A stretch of 64,000 bases of DNA. It comes from a candidate division FCPU426 bacterium. Lineage in GTDB: Bacteria; Oederibacteriota; JAAXVQ01; JAUVAV01. Shown piece by piece: positions 30,784-41,500 of this stretch. The translations under genes were made by a program, and so were the position numbers. The stretch's first letter is position 1, and every line of letters starts with the position of its first letter. Below the pieces are notes generated by a model. That model did not search any database and was not told the DNA's origin. It saw nothing but the letters and a program-made list of their open reading frames with translations. The DNA lies in the NCBI GenBank assembly GCA_040756875.1, contig JBFLYH010000001.1, positions 1,308,878 through 1,372,877 of the forward strand. Direction: 5' to 3'.

Positions 30784-32730
30784 TCAAGCTTTTTTAAGCC
30801 CCTGCACCGCAAAAACCGATATGGATTTGGCCTTGCCTTTTACGGTTATATCCGAAAATGACTGAACCTCTACCAATTCTTTTACGGCCTCATAGGTCGA
30901 CTCAGAAATCAGCAAAAACGCGCTTAAGTCCTTGGTTTTGCTCTCCAGGCGCGAAGCCAGGTTGACCGTATCGCCGATCACGGTATAGCCCATGGCTTGA
31001 TGGGAGCCCATGTTGCCCACAATGGCTTCCCCCGTGTTGATTCCCACGCCGATATTTATAGTCTTGCGGCCCTGCTCCTGCCAACGCTTGTTCAATTTCT
31101 CCAAAGCTTCCCGCATATCCCAGGCCGCGCGCACCGCCCTCGCCGCATCGTCCAGGTGGGCCACCGGTGCGCCGAAAATCGCCATGACCGCATCACCTAT
31201 GAATTTGTCCACCGTGCCATCGTGTTTGAAAATAATGTCAGTCCAGGTTTGGAAATATTCGTTCAGTTTTTCCACCACAGCCTCGGGAGTCAGCTCTTCG
31301 GACAGGGTGGTAAAGCCGCGGATGTCGGAGAATAAGACCGTCACAACTTGCTTGTTGCCGCCCAGCTTGAGTTCAGCATTAGGGTCCTTAACCAGTTCTT
31401 CCACCACCTTAGGCGATACGTAGCGGGAGAACATGCCCTTGATGAAACGGTTATGCCGCTCCTCGGTCACCAGCAGATACACTACCACCATGACAAAGGT
31501 AAGGGTCGTGGCCAGCAGTGGGTTCACCACCGGCACGATCCAACGATAACTGATGAACAGCCAGATGGCGACCAGCAGATATATAGCGACCAGGACAACC
31601 AGGGCGACGAACCCACGAATGGGCTTGAGCTTGATGGTCAATTGGCCGATGAGCAGCGGAAGCAACAGGAAGAGGGCAAATTTAATCCACCCGGGTACAG
31701 GAAATAAAAAACGTTTCTTCAATATCGTATCAAGAATATTGGCGTGGATCTCAACTCCTGTGGTGCGCCCTAGCGAGGAAGTAAACGGGGTTTGGTGATA
31801 GTCCTGGCCTTCTGGAAAAGCCGGGCCGATGAGCACGATTTTGTCTTTAAACACGCCAGCATCAAGGAGGCCGGGAAAAAGGTCTGCTATTTCTCCTTCC
31901 TCTGTATGGTATACATGGACATCTGGCCGCGGGCCGTAGACAGCATAGAATGAAATGATTTTAAAATTGCCGGGGCCACCCCGATAATTGATCAACATGT
32001 CGCCCCGATGATCCACTGGAATCCGTAGGGGGCCATAAGTGATCCTTTTTGGCGTACGCAATGCTCCTAGAGCGTCAATCTTCAAAAACCGCGTAAGGAT
32101 CTTCAGGTCAAATGCAGTATAGAGCTTTTTTTGAAAAGTTTTCAGAAGGGAGGCATGCCGCAGCACGCCGTCCTCTTTATCCGCCCAGATGTTCACATAA
32201 CCCACATGGGCTCGGGTTTGGTCAATATCTGGCAAGGCTTCAGTATACGTCACCTTCACTGCGTCGATATCCATCTTGTCAGTATGCTTCGTGAGGGCAG
32301 CGGAAAAAGCACTGCCGAGTACAATCCATGAACGCGAACGGATTATAGCGTCCCCCAATATTTTATCCTGTTCCTTACGCTCGGATTCGCTGAGTTCGGA
32401 GAATACCAAGTCCAAGGCCACGACCCGGGCGCCTGCTTGGGACAGCCGGTCGATCACTTTGGCATACATTGTGCGCGGCCATGGCCATCGCATTTGCAAA
32501 CGTTCCATGCTTAGGTCGTCAATGGCCAGAATGACGACTTCATCGTCCGCTGCCGGCCCGATCTCGCCACGTATTTGGAAACGCATGTCCAGCATCCGAT
32601 TTTCCACGGACTTAGCAAAGTCAAAATAGTCAAATGTAGCCATTATCAGCCCACCCAGGACAGCCAGATAAACCGCAATCCGGGTTTTGCTCAGCTTTTG
32701 GAATTGGAAATGACGTCTGATACTTACCAT
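30784..32730 (-). CDS. CHASE2-domain class III adenylate/guanylate cyclase
   Basis: WPWPR, GVEIHA, FSDIRGFT, DKFIGDAVM and GDTVNLASRLE motifs. Confidence 0.95.
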   Translation of the reverse strand: MVSIRRHFQFQKLSKTRIAVYLAVLGGLIMATFDYFDFAKSVENRMLDMRFQIRGEIGPAADDEVVILAIDDLSMERLQMRWPWPRTMYAKVIDRLSQAGARVVALDLVFSELSESERKEQDKILGDAIIRSRSWIVLGSAFSAALTKHTDKMDIDAVKVTYTEALPDIDQTRAHVGYVNIWADKEDGVLRHASLLKTFQKKLYTAFDLKILTRFLKIDALGALRTPKRITYGPLRIPVDHRGDMLINYRGGPGNFKIISFYAVYGPRPDVHVYHTEEGEIADLFPGLLDAGVFKDKIVLIGPAFPEGQDYHQTPFTSSLGRTTGVEIHANILDTILKKRFLFPVPGWIKFALFLLLPLLIGQLTIKLKPIRGFVALVVLVAIYLLVAIWLFISYRWIVPVVNPLLATTLTFVMVVVYLLVTEERHNRFIKGMFSRYVSPKVVEELVKDPNAELKLGGNKQVVTVLFSDIRGFTTLSEELTPEAVVEKLNEYFQTWTDIIFKHDGTVDKFIGDAVMAIFGAPVAHLDDAARAVRAAWDMREALEKLNKRWQEQGRKTINIGVGINTGEAIVGNMGSHQAMGYTVIGDTVNLASRLESKTKDLSAFLLISESTYEAVKELVEVQSFSDITVKGKAKSISVFAVQGLKKA

Positions 32731-32785
32731 GACCCCTCCATGACTTCCCGAAGGAAATCCCCTCCCCTCAAGGGAAGGGATTTCA

Positions 32786-34183
32786 TCAGGGGATCAAATG
32801 CAAGATCCCGTTAGCGATCGAATGGACTGTGCCAGCCATGAGTTGCCCAGCTTTTCCAGCCACATTCATGCTTCCGCGGTCAAAAGTCTCCGTGGTTCCC
32901 TGCCAGACGCCTGCGCGCAGTTCGGTTTCCAGCAGCAAGGTCGCGGGCTTCCCCTGCATGCGGCGATGATGGGCAAGGGTCAATTCGCGGCTGAGCGAAC
33001 GCAGAACGCGCGCCCTGGCCGTAATCTCACGGGACTGAAGCCGGCCTGCCATGTCCGCGGCCGGAGTGCCGGGCCTCATTGAAAAGGGGAAAACGTGCAA
33101 ACGGCTGAAACCTTGTTCGCGCAAAAAGCCGCAAGTCCGTTCAAAAGCCCTGGCGGTTTCTCCGGGAAACCCCGCGATCACGTCCGCGGTCAGAATTAAA
33201 TCCGGCCTCGTGGCCCGCAAAGAGTCAAGCTGTTGGCCAAGGCTTTCGCCGGTATAAGCCCGGCCCATGGCCTGCAAAACGCCATTATCCGCGCTTTGCA
33301 GGGCCAGGTGCAGGTGCGGACAAAGCCGGCTGCCGAGTTCGCCCCAAGTCCGGATCAGCCGGGAAGACAAGTATTGAGGTTCCAGGGAGGACAGCCGCAG
33401 GCGAAAAGCGCCGGGTAAAACCGCCAGCTCAGGCAAGAGCTTCTCCAAGCCCGGCTGCCAGGAGCCGACATTCACGCCGGTCAGCACCAACTCCTGAAAT
33501 CCTTGGGCCAGGCAGGCTTGCGCCTCGGCCTTTATATCGTCCATGGGCCTGGACACAGGCTTGCCACGCGCCAAATGCACGCGGCAGTAGGTGCAGGCGC
33601 CTGCGCATCCATCCTGGATTTTCAGCCAAGCCCTGGAGCGGTTTTGGGAGCGACGCCAGCTAATAGGGCCGGGGAAAAACCCTGGTTCGCGGACATCTGT
33701 GGTCGCGGAAGACCCGCCTTGCCAGTGGAGTGACCCCCCGGACTGAAGTCCGGGGCTCCCTCCCTCCACAATACAATCCTGCAAATCCTCTCCCCGGCCA
33801 GCGGTCCCTTCGGGAGCTGAAGCCCGGGGATTCTTGCGGAGGGATTGCGCGGCAAGCTCAGCCAGCCTGTAACGGTCCGCCTGTCCCAGCACCGCAGCCA
33901 CTCCGGGCAGGCTGGACAGGGTCTTGGCTTCCAGTTCAGCCAAACAGCCGCTTGCAATTATTTTCGCCCCAGGATGCACAGAATGCGTTTTTTGAATCAG
34001 CCGGCGCGAATCACGATCTGCGCGTTGGGTGACTGTGCAGGTGTGGATCAAAACCAGGTCCGGCGCATCACCTTCCGCAACCGGGATCCAACCCCGTTCA
34101 GCCAGCTGCCTGCCGAAGATATCCGCCTCCGCCTGATTGACTTTGCAGCCTACGACCTGGATGTGAAATGTTGGTTTTCGCAT
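32786..34183 (-). CDS. mtaB: MiaB-like tRNA methylthiotransferase (MtaB type)
   Basis: GCKVNQ, TCTVT and KIQDGCAGACTYC radical-SAM motifs; contains an in-frame palindromic insert. Confidence 0.85.
   Translation of the reverse strand: MRKPTFHIQVVGCKVNQAEADIFGRQLAERGWIPVAEGDAPDLVLIHTCTVTQRADRDSRRLIQKTHSVHPGAKIIASGCLAELEAKTLSSLPGVAAVLGQADRYRLAELAAQSLRKNPRASAPEGTAGRGEDLQDCIVEGGSPGLQSGGSLHWQGGSSATTDVREPGFFPGPISWRRSQNRSRAWLKIQDGCAGACTYCRVHLARGKPVSRPMDDIKAEAQACLAQGFQELVLTGVNVGSWQPGLEKLLPELAVLPGAFRLRLSSLEPQYLSSRLIRTWGELGSRLCPHLHLALQSADNGVLQAMGRAYTGESLGQQLDSLRATRPDLILTADVIAGFPGETARAFERTCGFLREQGFSRLHVFPFSMRPGTPAADMAGRLQSREITARARVLRSLSRELTLAHHRRMQGKPATLLLETELRAGVWQGTTETFDRGSMNVAGKAGQLMAGTVHSIANGILHLIP
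33725..33846 (-). mobile_element. Small IS200/IS605-like palindromic element, copy B (inside mtaB)
   Basis: CCCCGGACT-GA-AGTCCGGGG hairpin; homologous to 25600-25701. Confidence 0.65.
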
Positions 34184-34580
34184 ATTCACTTTTTCGGCTC
34201 CGTTCGGGGCGGCCGGATGAAATATGTCCATATTATGCACTTTTTCAAGCCTTTTTCAAATGATTTACCCTGCAGCTGCAGGTTTCCCGGATATCATCCC
34301 TCCCCAGACCTCCGGAACCTTGGAGCCGGAGCTTATTTCCACTTTCTTTACCCCCACAGCCAGCTGCGGGGTAGTGGATGAAGGGGGATAAAACCGCGGC
34401 GCGTTCATTCTACCTATATTATTTTTACAACTCCGCTCAAGTTATATCAAAGACCGTCGATATTCACCGTATGAGGGCATGCCGGCGCGGCAACCTCATC
34501 ATTTTTCGGGGTATTATTGCTGCATGGAGTGCGTCGGGTTTTCACCGGGCGACCGGAATAATCTAATAGGAGGTATGATG

Positions 34581-35156
34581 ATGAATTGGAAAGGATGGAC
34601 GGCATTGAGTGTAGGCTGTTTGGTGGTAGGGCTGATGGCGGGCATATCCTCAGTTTCCTGGGCCGAAGGCGACGATTTGGCTAAAGAAAGCGAAGCCAAA
34701 GCCGAGAGCACGGCCGGGACCAAACCAACCATTGATATGATCATTAAAAACGTGGATAAAGCCTGTGAGTTGCTCGAAAAAGAAGGCACGGAGGCTTTTC
34801 CAAAATTCCAGGGCAAGGACAGCGACTTCATTTTCGCCGGCACTTACATTTGGATTCATGACTTGGATGGCATCATGCTCATGCACCCGATTAAAGCGGC
34901 CATGAACGGCAAACCGATCCTGAATTTCAAAGACGCCAATGGCAAGCGTTTCTTTTCCGAAATGAACGAATTGGTTAAGGAAAAAGGCGCCGGTTGGGTG
35001 GACTATATGTGGCCGAAACCGGGCGAAAAAAATCCCTCGCTTAAAATTTCTTACGTCAAATTGTGCAAAAGCAAAGATGGAAAAGACTTGGTGGCAGGGT
35101 GCGGCGTTTATAATTTAAGCGAAAGCGATATCGCTTCAATTAAATCGAAGAACTAA
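34581..35156 (+). CDS. Stand-alone periplasmic single Cache domain protein
   Basis: Signal peptide; YIWIHD..G..LMHP, D.NGK and GWVDY.WPKPG..K.SY motifs; AGGAGG RBS. Confidence 0.88.
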   Translation: MNWKGWTALSVGCLVVGLMAGISSVSWAEGDDLAKESEAKAESTAGTKPTIDMIIKNVDKACELLEKEGTEAFPKFQGKDSDFIFAGTYIWIHDLDGIMLMHPIKAAMNGKPILNFKDANGKRFFSEMNELVKEKGAGWVDYMWPKPGEKNPSLKISYVKLCKSKDGKDLVAGCGVYNLSESDIASIKSKN

Positions 35157-35213
35157 GTCGTTTATCAGCGCCTGTAAACGGTCAGGCCTAACGCCAGAAA
35201 GGCAGGTTCGCAA

Positions 35214-37130
35214 ATGACTTTGATCCAGCGGATTCTCCAAGCGAATTTAAAACAAAAACTGGCGGGTTTTTCAGGCCTGACCGTTTTTCTTTTATTATCC
35301 ACCATCGTCATTTCTTTCGTTTTTTATAATCAAATCCAAGGGGCCCATCAGATAAAAAGCGACATCAACTTCTTTGCCAGCCGGTTGCTTGAAGCACGCT
35401 TGTCCGAAAAGCTTTTCCTGACGTCGTTCGCCGCGGAATACAAGCGCGATTTCGACTCCCAATCCGGCGAAGTCCACTCGATTTTGAAACAACTTCAAAA
35501 TCGCCGGTTGACCACGGACCAATCCAAAAGCCTGACCGCGGCTGGCGAGCTTTTCAACCAGTATCAGACTGCTTTCAACGAACGTGTGGCGCTCAATTCC
35601 GAGCAGGACCAGGTGCGGGCGGGCATTAAAAAACCCCAGGAATTGATCAACAAAATGGTCATCGACCTTACGGCCAAGCAAGCCCTGCTGCAAATGGATG
35701 GCCTGGACCTTTCCAAGGAAGAGTATGAATTTTCAGGAGTTTTACGCGACTGCGACAGTGTGCTGTTTCAAATCCAATTGCTCCAGCAGCAATACCTGGA
35801 CACAGGGGATAAAAAGACCCTCAAACTGCTCGAACAGCAATGTAAAAACAATCTTCCGTCCTATCGCGACACCCTGAGTGCCTTGGCATTGGGATTCCGC
35901 AGCAAAGATTTGGCTGCCAATGCCACCACTGTGAGCGGTTCTTTAAGAACCCTGGTGGACCTGCTGAAAAAGTCATTGACCTTCAGCGTGCGTGAATACC
36001 AACTGACGCAAAGCCTTGATCAACTGGGCGGTGGCATCCTCAGCGAGGTGAATGCCTTGCTCGCAGCCACCGACCGTTACATCTCCACCAAACAAGGTAC
36101 CGCCCTGCTTCTTATTGTCATCACATTTATTGCCGGACTGGGGTTGTTCGGGTTGGCAGCGTTCTACGTCATCCGCTCCATAACTTTGCCGATCTATCAG
36201 ATCGTCACCGGGCTGATATCCGGTTCTCAGCAGGTGTCCACGGCGGCCAAGCAGGTTTCGACTGGCAGCCAATCTCTGGCCCAAGGAACCTCTGCCCAGG
36301 CCGCTTCCCTGCAAGAGACCAGTTCGTCGTTGGTGGAGATATCCGATATGACCAGGAAAAACGCGGAAAATGCCAAACAAACCGCTGCCCTGATGCAGGA
36401 AGCTGATCAAGTCACCCAAGAAGCCAATCAAGCCATGGCCCAACTGACCCAATCCATGAAGGAAATCACCAAAGCCAGCGAGGAAACCTCCGACATCATC
36501 AAAACCATCGACTCGATTTCCTTCCAAACTAATTTATTGGCTCTCAATGCCGCGGTGGAAGCCGCGCGCGCCGGCGAAGCCGGCGCCGGCTTCGCGGTTG
36601 TGGCCAACGAGGTTAAAAATCTGGCCATGCGCACGGCCGAGGCGACGCGCAATACAGCCACGCTCCTCGAAAATACCACGCAAAAGATCAAATATGGAGC
36701 TGATTTGGTTCACAACGCGGATTCCGCCTTCAATCACGTGGTTGAAAATTCAATCACAGTCCGGAAACTCGTGGGGGAAATCACCCAGGCTTCCGAGGAG
36801 CAATCCCAACGGATAGAACAAATAAACATCGCCGTCGGAAAAATGAACGAGGTAGTCCAGCATAATTCCGCCAACGCCGAGGAATCAGCCTCCGCGTCCG
36901 AGGAAATGCACGCGCAGTCCGAACAAATGCGCGAACATATCGACCAATTGGTGGTCATTGTCGGGCAGAATACAAATCAGACGCCGGCCCGCAAAACCAC
37001 CAGCGAAAGCCTTTCCGCCGCCTTCCGGTCCACTGTCGCCGCTGTGTCGGGGGCAAAACGGAAAACAGCTGCAGGTACGCCTGTTTCAAGATCAGAATCG
37101 GCGTTTACGACCGGCACCCGTGTCAGGTAA
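35214..37130 (+). CDS. Methyl-accepting chemotaxis protein
   Basis: Two TM helices; [27 protein letters not shown]. Confidence 0.95.
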   Translation: MTLIQRILQANLKQKLAGFSGLTVFLLLSTIVISFVFYNQIQGAHQIKSDINFFASRLLEARLSEKLFLTSFAAEYKRDFDSQSGEVHSILKQLQNRRLTTDQSKSLTAAGELFNQYQTAFNERVALNSEQDQVRAGIKKPQELINKMVIDLTAKQALLQMDGLDLSKEEYEFSGVLRDCDSVLFQIQLLQQQYLDTGDKKTLKLLEQQCKNNLPSYRDTLSALALGFRSKDLAANATTVSGSLRTLVDLLKKSLTFSVREYQLTQSLDQLGGGILSEVNALLAATDRYISTKQGTALLLIVITFIAGLGLFGLAAFYVIRSITLPIYQIVTGLISGSQQVSTAAKQVSTGSQSLAQGTSAQAASLQETSSSLVEISDMTRKNAENAKQTAALMQEADQVTQEANQAMAQLTQSMKEITKASEETSDIIKTIDSISFQTNLLALNAAVEAARAGEAGAGFAVVANEVKNLAMRTAEATRNTATLLENTTQKIKYGADLVHNADSAFNHVVENSITVRKLVGEITQASEEQSQRIEQINIAVGKMNEVVQHNSANAEESASASEEMHAQSEQMREHIDQLVVIVGQNTNQTPARKTTSESLSAAFRSTVAAVSGAKRKTAAGTPVSRSESAFTTGTRVR

Positions 37131-37298
37131 CATCGGTGCAGCTTCGGCTGTGAAAGATAGCCGCCAAACATATGCGTGGCAGAAATGTCTTCCGGCATAA
37201 GCACAGGGGGGTGATCACCGATACGGCTAAGCACAGAATTAATCGTCCAACCGGCGGTTGCCGGAATAAAACTCTGCCAAATACATAAAGGGGGTTCC

Positions 37299-38480
37299 AT
37301 GAAAAATATCAGTTTAATTTTTATCGCTGCAATGATCGGTTTGGCGGGCGTCAATGTGGCCATGGCCGCCGATGCGCCTGAAAAAAAGAGCGTGCTTTCC
37401 AACATCGACATACAGGTGTACGGTTATATCAAACTGGATGCTATCTTCGACACCTCGCGCGTCTACCCCGGCAATTATGCTATTTACGTCAAACAGGAAG
37501 GGCCGTATAACGACGACAACCAGCTCAATATCACCGCCAACCAAACCCGTCTGGGATTGAACCTGTCCGGCCCGGAAGCGGCGGGCGCCAAAACCGCCGG
37601 AAAAGTGGAAATGGATTTCTACGGGCCCGGAGGCACGGAAAACAAAGGACTACTCATGATGCGCCAGGCCTATCTGGAGCTGACTTGGACGGATTTAAAC
37701 CTCGGTCTTCTGGCCGGGCAGGCTTGGGACGTTTTCGCACCCATGCTTCCGGACGCAGTAAATTATTCGGTGTGGGAAGGCACCGGCGAAGTGGGCTACC
37801 GTCACCCCCAACTGCGCCTGACCGGCAATTTTAAAGTAGGAGAAAAATCGAGCTTGAACGCCAAAGTAGCGCTGTCCCGCAACATGGGACACACTGTGAC
37901 GGTGACCAGCACGGATTCAGGCACTGATTCCGGTATGCCGCATGTACAGGGCAGCCTGACCTTCACCAGCCCGTTGTGGACTTCCGCACCGGCGATCCTG
38001 TGCTTGTCCGGCGTTTGGGGCCGGGAGGAATACGACGTCAACACCCAGAATATTGACTTCAAAACGTACCCGGTCTGGGGCGGCGCGATCGACGTACAGC
38101 TGCCACTAGTGGACGGAGCGACCTTGAAAGGCAGCGCCTGGAAAGGAGCCAATTTAGAAACGTATATCGGCGGCCTCACCCAGGGCATCAGCACCACTCG
38201 CGGAGAGTCCGTGCATACCAAGGGCGGCTGGGTGTGCCTGGGTCTTGGCCCTATGGCTTCGACCAAGTTCAACCTCGGTGGCACCATCGAAATGGCCCAG
38301 TGGGATCAGATTCCCAATGGCTGGAGATCGCAGAACAACGCGGTATGGGGCAATGCCATCCATAATCTGACTTCCAATATCCAGGTGGCCTTGGAAATCG
38401 CCCAAATCCGCACGCAGTATAAGAATTCCAAAGAAGGCGACGCCGCGCGCACGCAGCTGGCGTTCATTTACAACTTCTAA
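37299..38480 (+). CDS. DcaP-like outer-membrane porin
   Basis: YGYIKLD, QTRLG, EMDF, LAGQAW and terminal YNF. Confidence 0.8.
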   Translation: MKNISLIFIAAMIGLAGVNVAMAADAPEKKSVLSNIDIQVYGYIKLDAIFDTSRVYPGNYAIYVKQEGPYNDDNQLNITANQTRLGLNLSGPEAAGAKTAGKVEMDFYGPGGTENKGLLMMRQAYLELTWTDLNLGLLAGQAWDVFAPMLPDAVNYSVWEGTGEVGYRHPQLRLTGNFKVGEKSSLNAKVALSRNMGHTVTVTSTDSGTDSGMPHVQGSLTFTSPLWTSAPAILCLSGVWGREEYDVNTQNIDFKTYPVWGGAIDVQLPLVDGATLKGSAWKGANLETYIGGLTQGISTTRGESVHTKGGWVCLGLGPMASTKFNLGGTIEMAQWDQIPNGWRSQNNAVWGNAIHNLTSNIQVALEIAQIRTQYKNSKEGDAARTQLAFIYNF

Positions 38481-38496
38481 CTCTTTTTATTTCAAT

Positions 38497-38533
38497 AAAA
38501 AGCCCTTCCGGCCCCCGGTCGGAAGGGCTTTTT
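38497..38533. terminator. Bidirectional rho-independent terminator
   Basis: AAAAAGCCCTTCCG...CGGAAGGGCTTTTT between convergent genes. Confidence 0.85.
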
Positions 38534-38552
38534 ACTATATGTGAAGAGAGGG

Positions 38553-41500
38553 TTATTTTATTAATGCAATCTTTTTAAGTACCTTTTCTTCTGCACCATT
38601 GGCAGCACGAGCTTTAACCAGCAGAAAATATACCCCATTTGCCAGATTGCTCATGTTTACGCTCTCGATCTGCATCCCAGTTGAATAATTGCGGTTGAAA
38701 GACATAACCTCTTTATTGGTAATTGTATACATCTTTACCGATACCTCAGCCGGTTGCAGGGTCATGATATGTATTTTGGCAATATGGCCCCGAATGGGAT
38801 TGGGAGCGGCATAGACATAATTTTTGGAAATAATTTGACCGTCAAAGTCCGGAACCGGAGTCTTGGTCGGCGTAGGGGTAGGCTGGGAGTGGCTGGCTTT
38901 AATCTGATAGACATGGCTGTCTCCGGCCAAGGCGTACAATTCCAATTGATAGTCATTGTCGCCATCACCCGAAACCAGCGCATAAAGTTCCGCAGGCGCA
39001 CTGCCCAGATCCTGGTTTGACCATTGGCTGTTTGCATACTTACATTGGCAAACATGGCCGTTGATTGCGGCGATGTAAACTTCTTGAGTCCCGTCATTGT
39101 CAGCATCACCAACCAGCAAATCCCGGCTGGTCTGATCAGCCACCTGGGTGATATTCCAGAAAAAGGTTGATGTCCATTTGCATTGGTAGATTTTGCCATC
39201 CAAGTTAGTGCAATATACTTCATTGCTGCCATCCTGATTGCCGTCGCCAATAGCCACGGACAGCATATCATCCCCGCCAGTAGCTACTATGGTTTTGGCC
39301 CAAGTCGAGCCATTGAATTTTAATTGGTATAGGTTTTTATCCTCGCAAGCCACATACACTTCGTTCTCTCCATCCTGATTGCCATCACCCACGGCAAGAT
39401 CCATCATCTTTCCTGTCGCGTTTCCGATAATATTGCTGGACCAACCGGTGCCATTATACTGGCTTTCAATCACATCCCCGTTTTCGGTGGCAATATAGAG
39501 TTCTAAAATATCATCATTATTCCCATCGCCATACGCAAGAGCGTTAACCGCATACCCTAAATCGCCGCTGTCTTCCCGATTAACCCAATTCGTCCCGCTA
39601 AACCCATACACATGATGGTCCAAAGTCGATCCGTAAACCTCATTTTGTCCGTCATTGTCTTTATCAAAGACAATCACATCGGTATAGTACTCGCCGATAG
39701 GGCCGGTTGGCAATTGGGTAATTCCCCAGTCAGACGCTCCGGTACATTTATACTGCAAAAGATTCTGCAATAACCCAGCCGAATACAATTCCCTCTGCCG
39801 GTCATTATTCCCGTCGCCCAGCGTCAACCCACGCCGAATCGAAGTTTGCGCAGTTATACCGGCTTGCCCCAAGTCAGCCACAGTCCAGTTAATCGGCGGA
39901 ACAATTTCCGAAATAATCGTCAACGCATTCTGCAACTCGGATTGTGAACCGGGTATCTGCGCTTGCACATTATAATTACCAGCCGGGAGGCCTGTTAGGT
40001 CGAAACTGCAGGTTGCCAATTCCTGGCTGACAATATTAATGCTGGTCGCAGCCCGATCAGTCACACCGGATTTAACCAGTTTAATGGTAAGGGGATTTTG
40101 TAATGCCTTGCCGCGTAGTGTGAAAGTCCCTGCCCGATTGGAATAATAGTATTCCGGCGCCAAGGAGTGTACTAGGACTTGGGTAGCCGGAGTGGCGGTT
40201 GGGGTTGGAGTCTGGGTGGGCGTGACAGTCGGTGTTGGCACTTGAACCAATTGGTTCAATGAAAACCCAGATGAATTTCCGCTGCTATCCGTGGCAATGG
40301 CGCATACATATTCTCCGCCTGATAGGCCGGTTGGCACCAGGCTCCAGTTGCCCGAGACCGCAGTAGTAGTGCCGACGCTCCTTAAGCTCCCTCCATATTG
40401 ACCTGCACCTCGATCGGAAATAAACACTTCAATGAAATCATTTGATCCACTAGTAGTTCCTTGTATTAAGGCCACGTCTGCCGGTGATAAAATAGCAGGG
40501 GAAGCCTTATTCTGATTAGCGCCATCACCAGCTAAAGATATACCTGCCGTGCTAAAATTGCATATAGTGTTACCAACGAATTCATTGTAATCGCTATTTA
40601 CGCCAGAAATGGAAATACCCGTCCCAGTACCTCGAATTAAATTGCCGCTATTTGAAATACTCCGCCGGCCAATAAAACCCGTCTGTGAGTTGCTGTCAAT
40701 TACAATACCTGATGTAAGATTTTGCGAAGGGTAATTATAGTTCGGGAGCAACCCGAGTAAATTGTTATAAATAGTTGTGTTCATGGAACCGGCAACTCGG
40801 ATTGCCGTACCAGTTCCACAAATCACATTCCTTTTCTCAATAGACGTCCCACCTATTTCGGTATTATTTGTATTCTGCACAAAAATGGCGTAAGTAGTAT
40901 TTGATACTTGACCTGTACCGCTCGCATTCGTACCAATATAATTACCCCATATTTGTGTATTGTGTGCGTTTTGACTTAAATAAATGCCATAAGGATTTCC
41001 CGAAATAACATTTCTTAATTCAGATGAAGGTCCACCGATTAAAGTATTTACACTCCGATCATCATTGATGCCATAAGATGTATTTGGCACCGCGGCATTG
41101 CCTGCAGCATTTAATCCAATATAATTACCTGCAATTGTATTTCCACCACCATAATATAATCCAATACCACTTTGATTTCCCGAAATAATATTGCCATACA
41201 AACTGCCACCGCTTATTTCAAATCCGCCAATTAAATTGTCATATCCATTATTTATATAAATCCCCCTCTGATTACCTGCGGATGCCGAGCCATCAACTGT
41301 TAATCCAATATAATTCCCACAAATGGTATTATTAGAACTTTGATAAACTTCAATTCCTGCATAACTATTATTACTAATTATATTTTTGTTATATTGTCCG
41401 GCGCTTCTGACTCCACCAACGACGCAAGCAATAGTATCGTGTATATAGAGTCCTCGCATCCCCCCAAAAGTTCCGTTTGATTCCGAAAGACCTATTAAAT

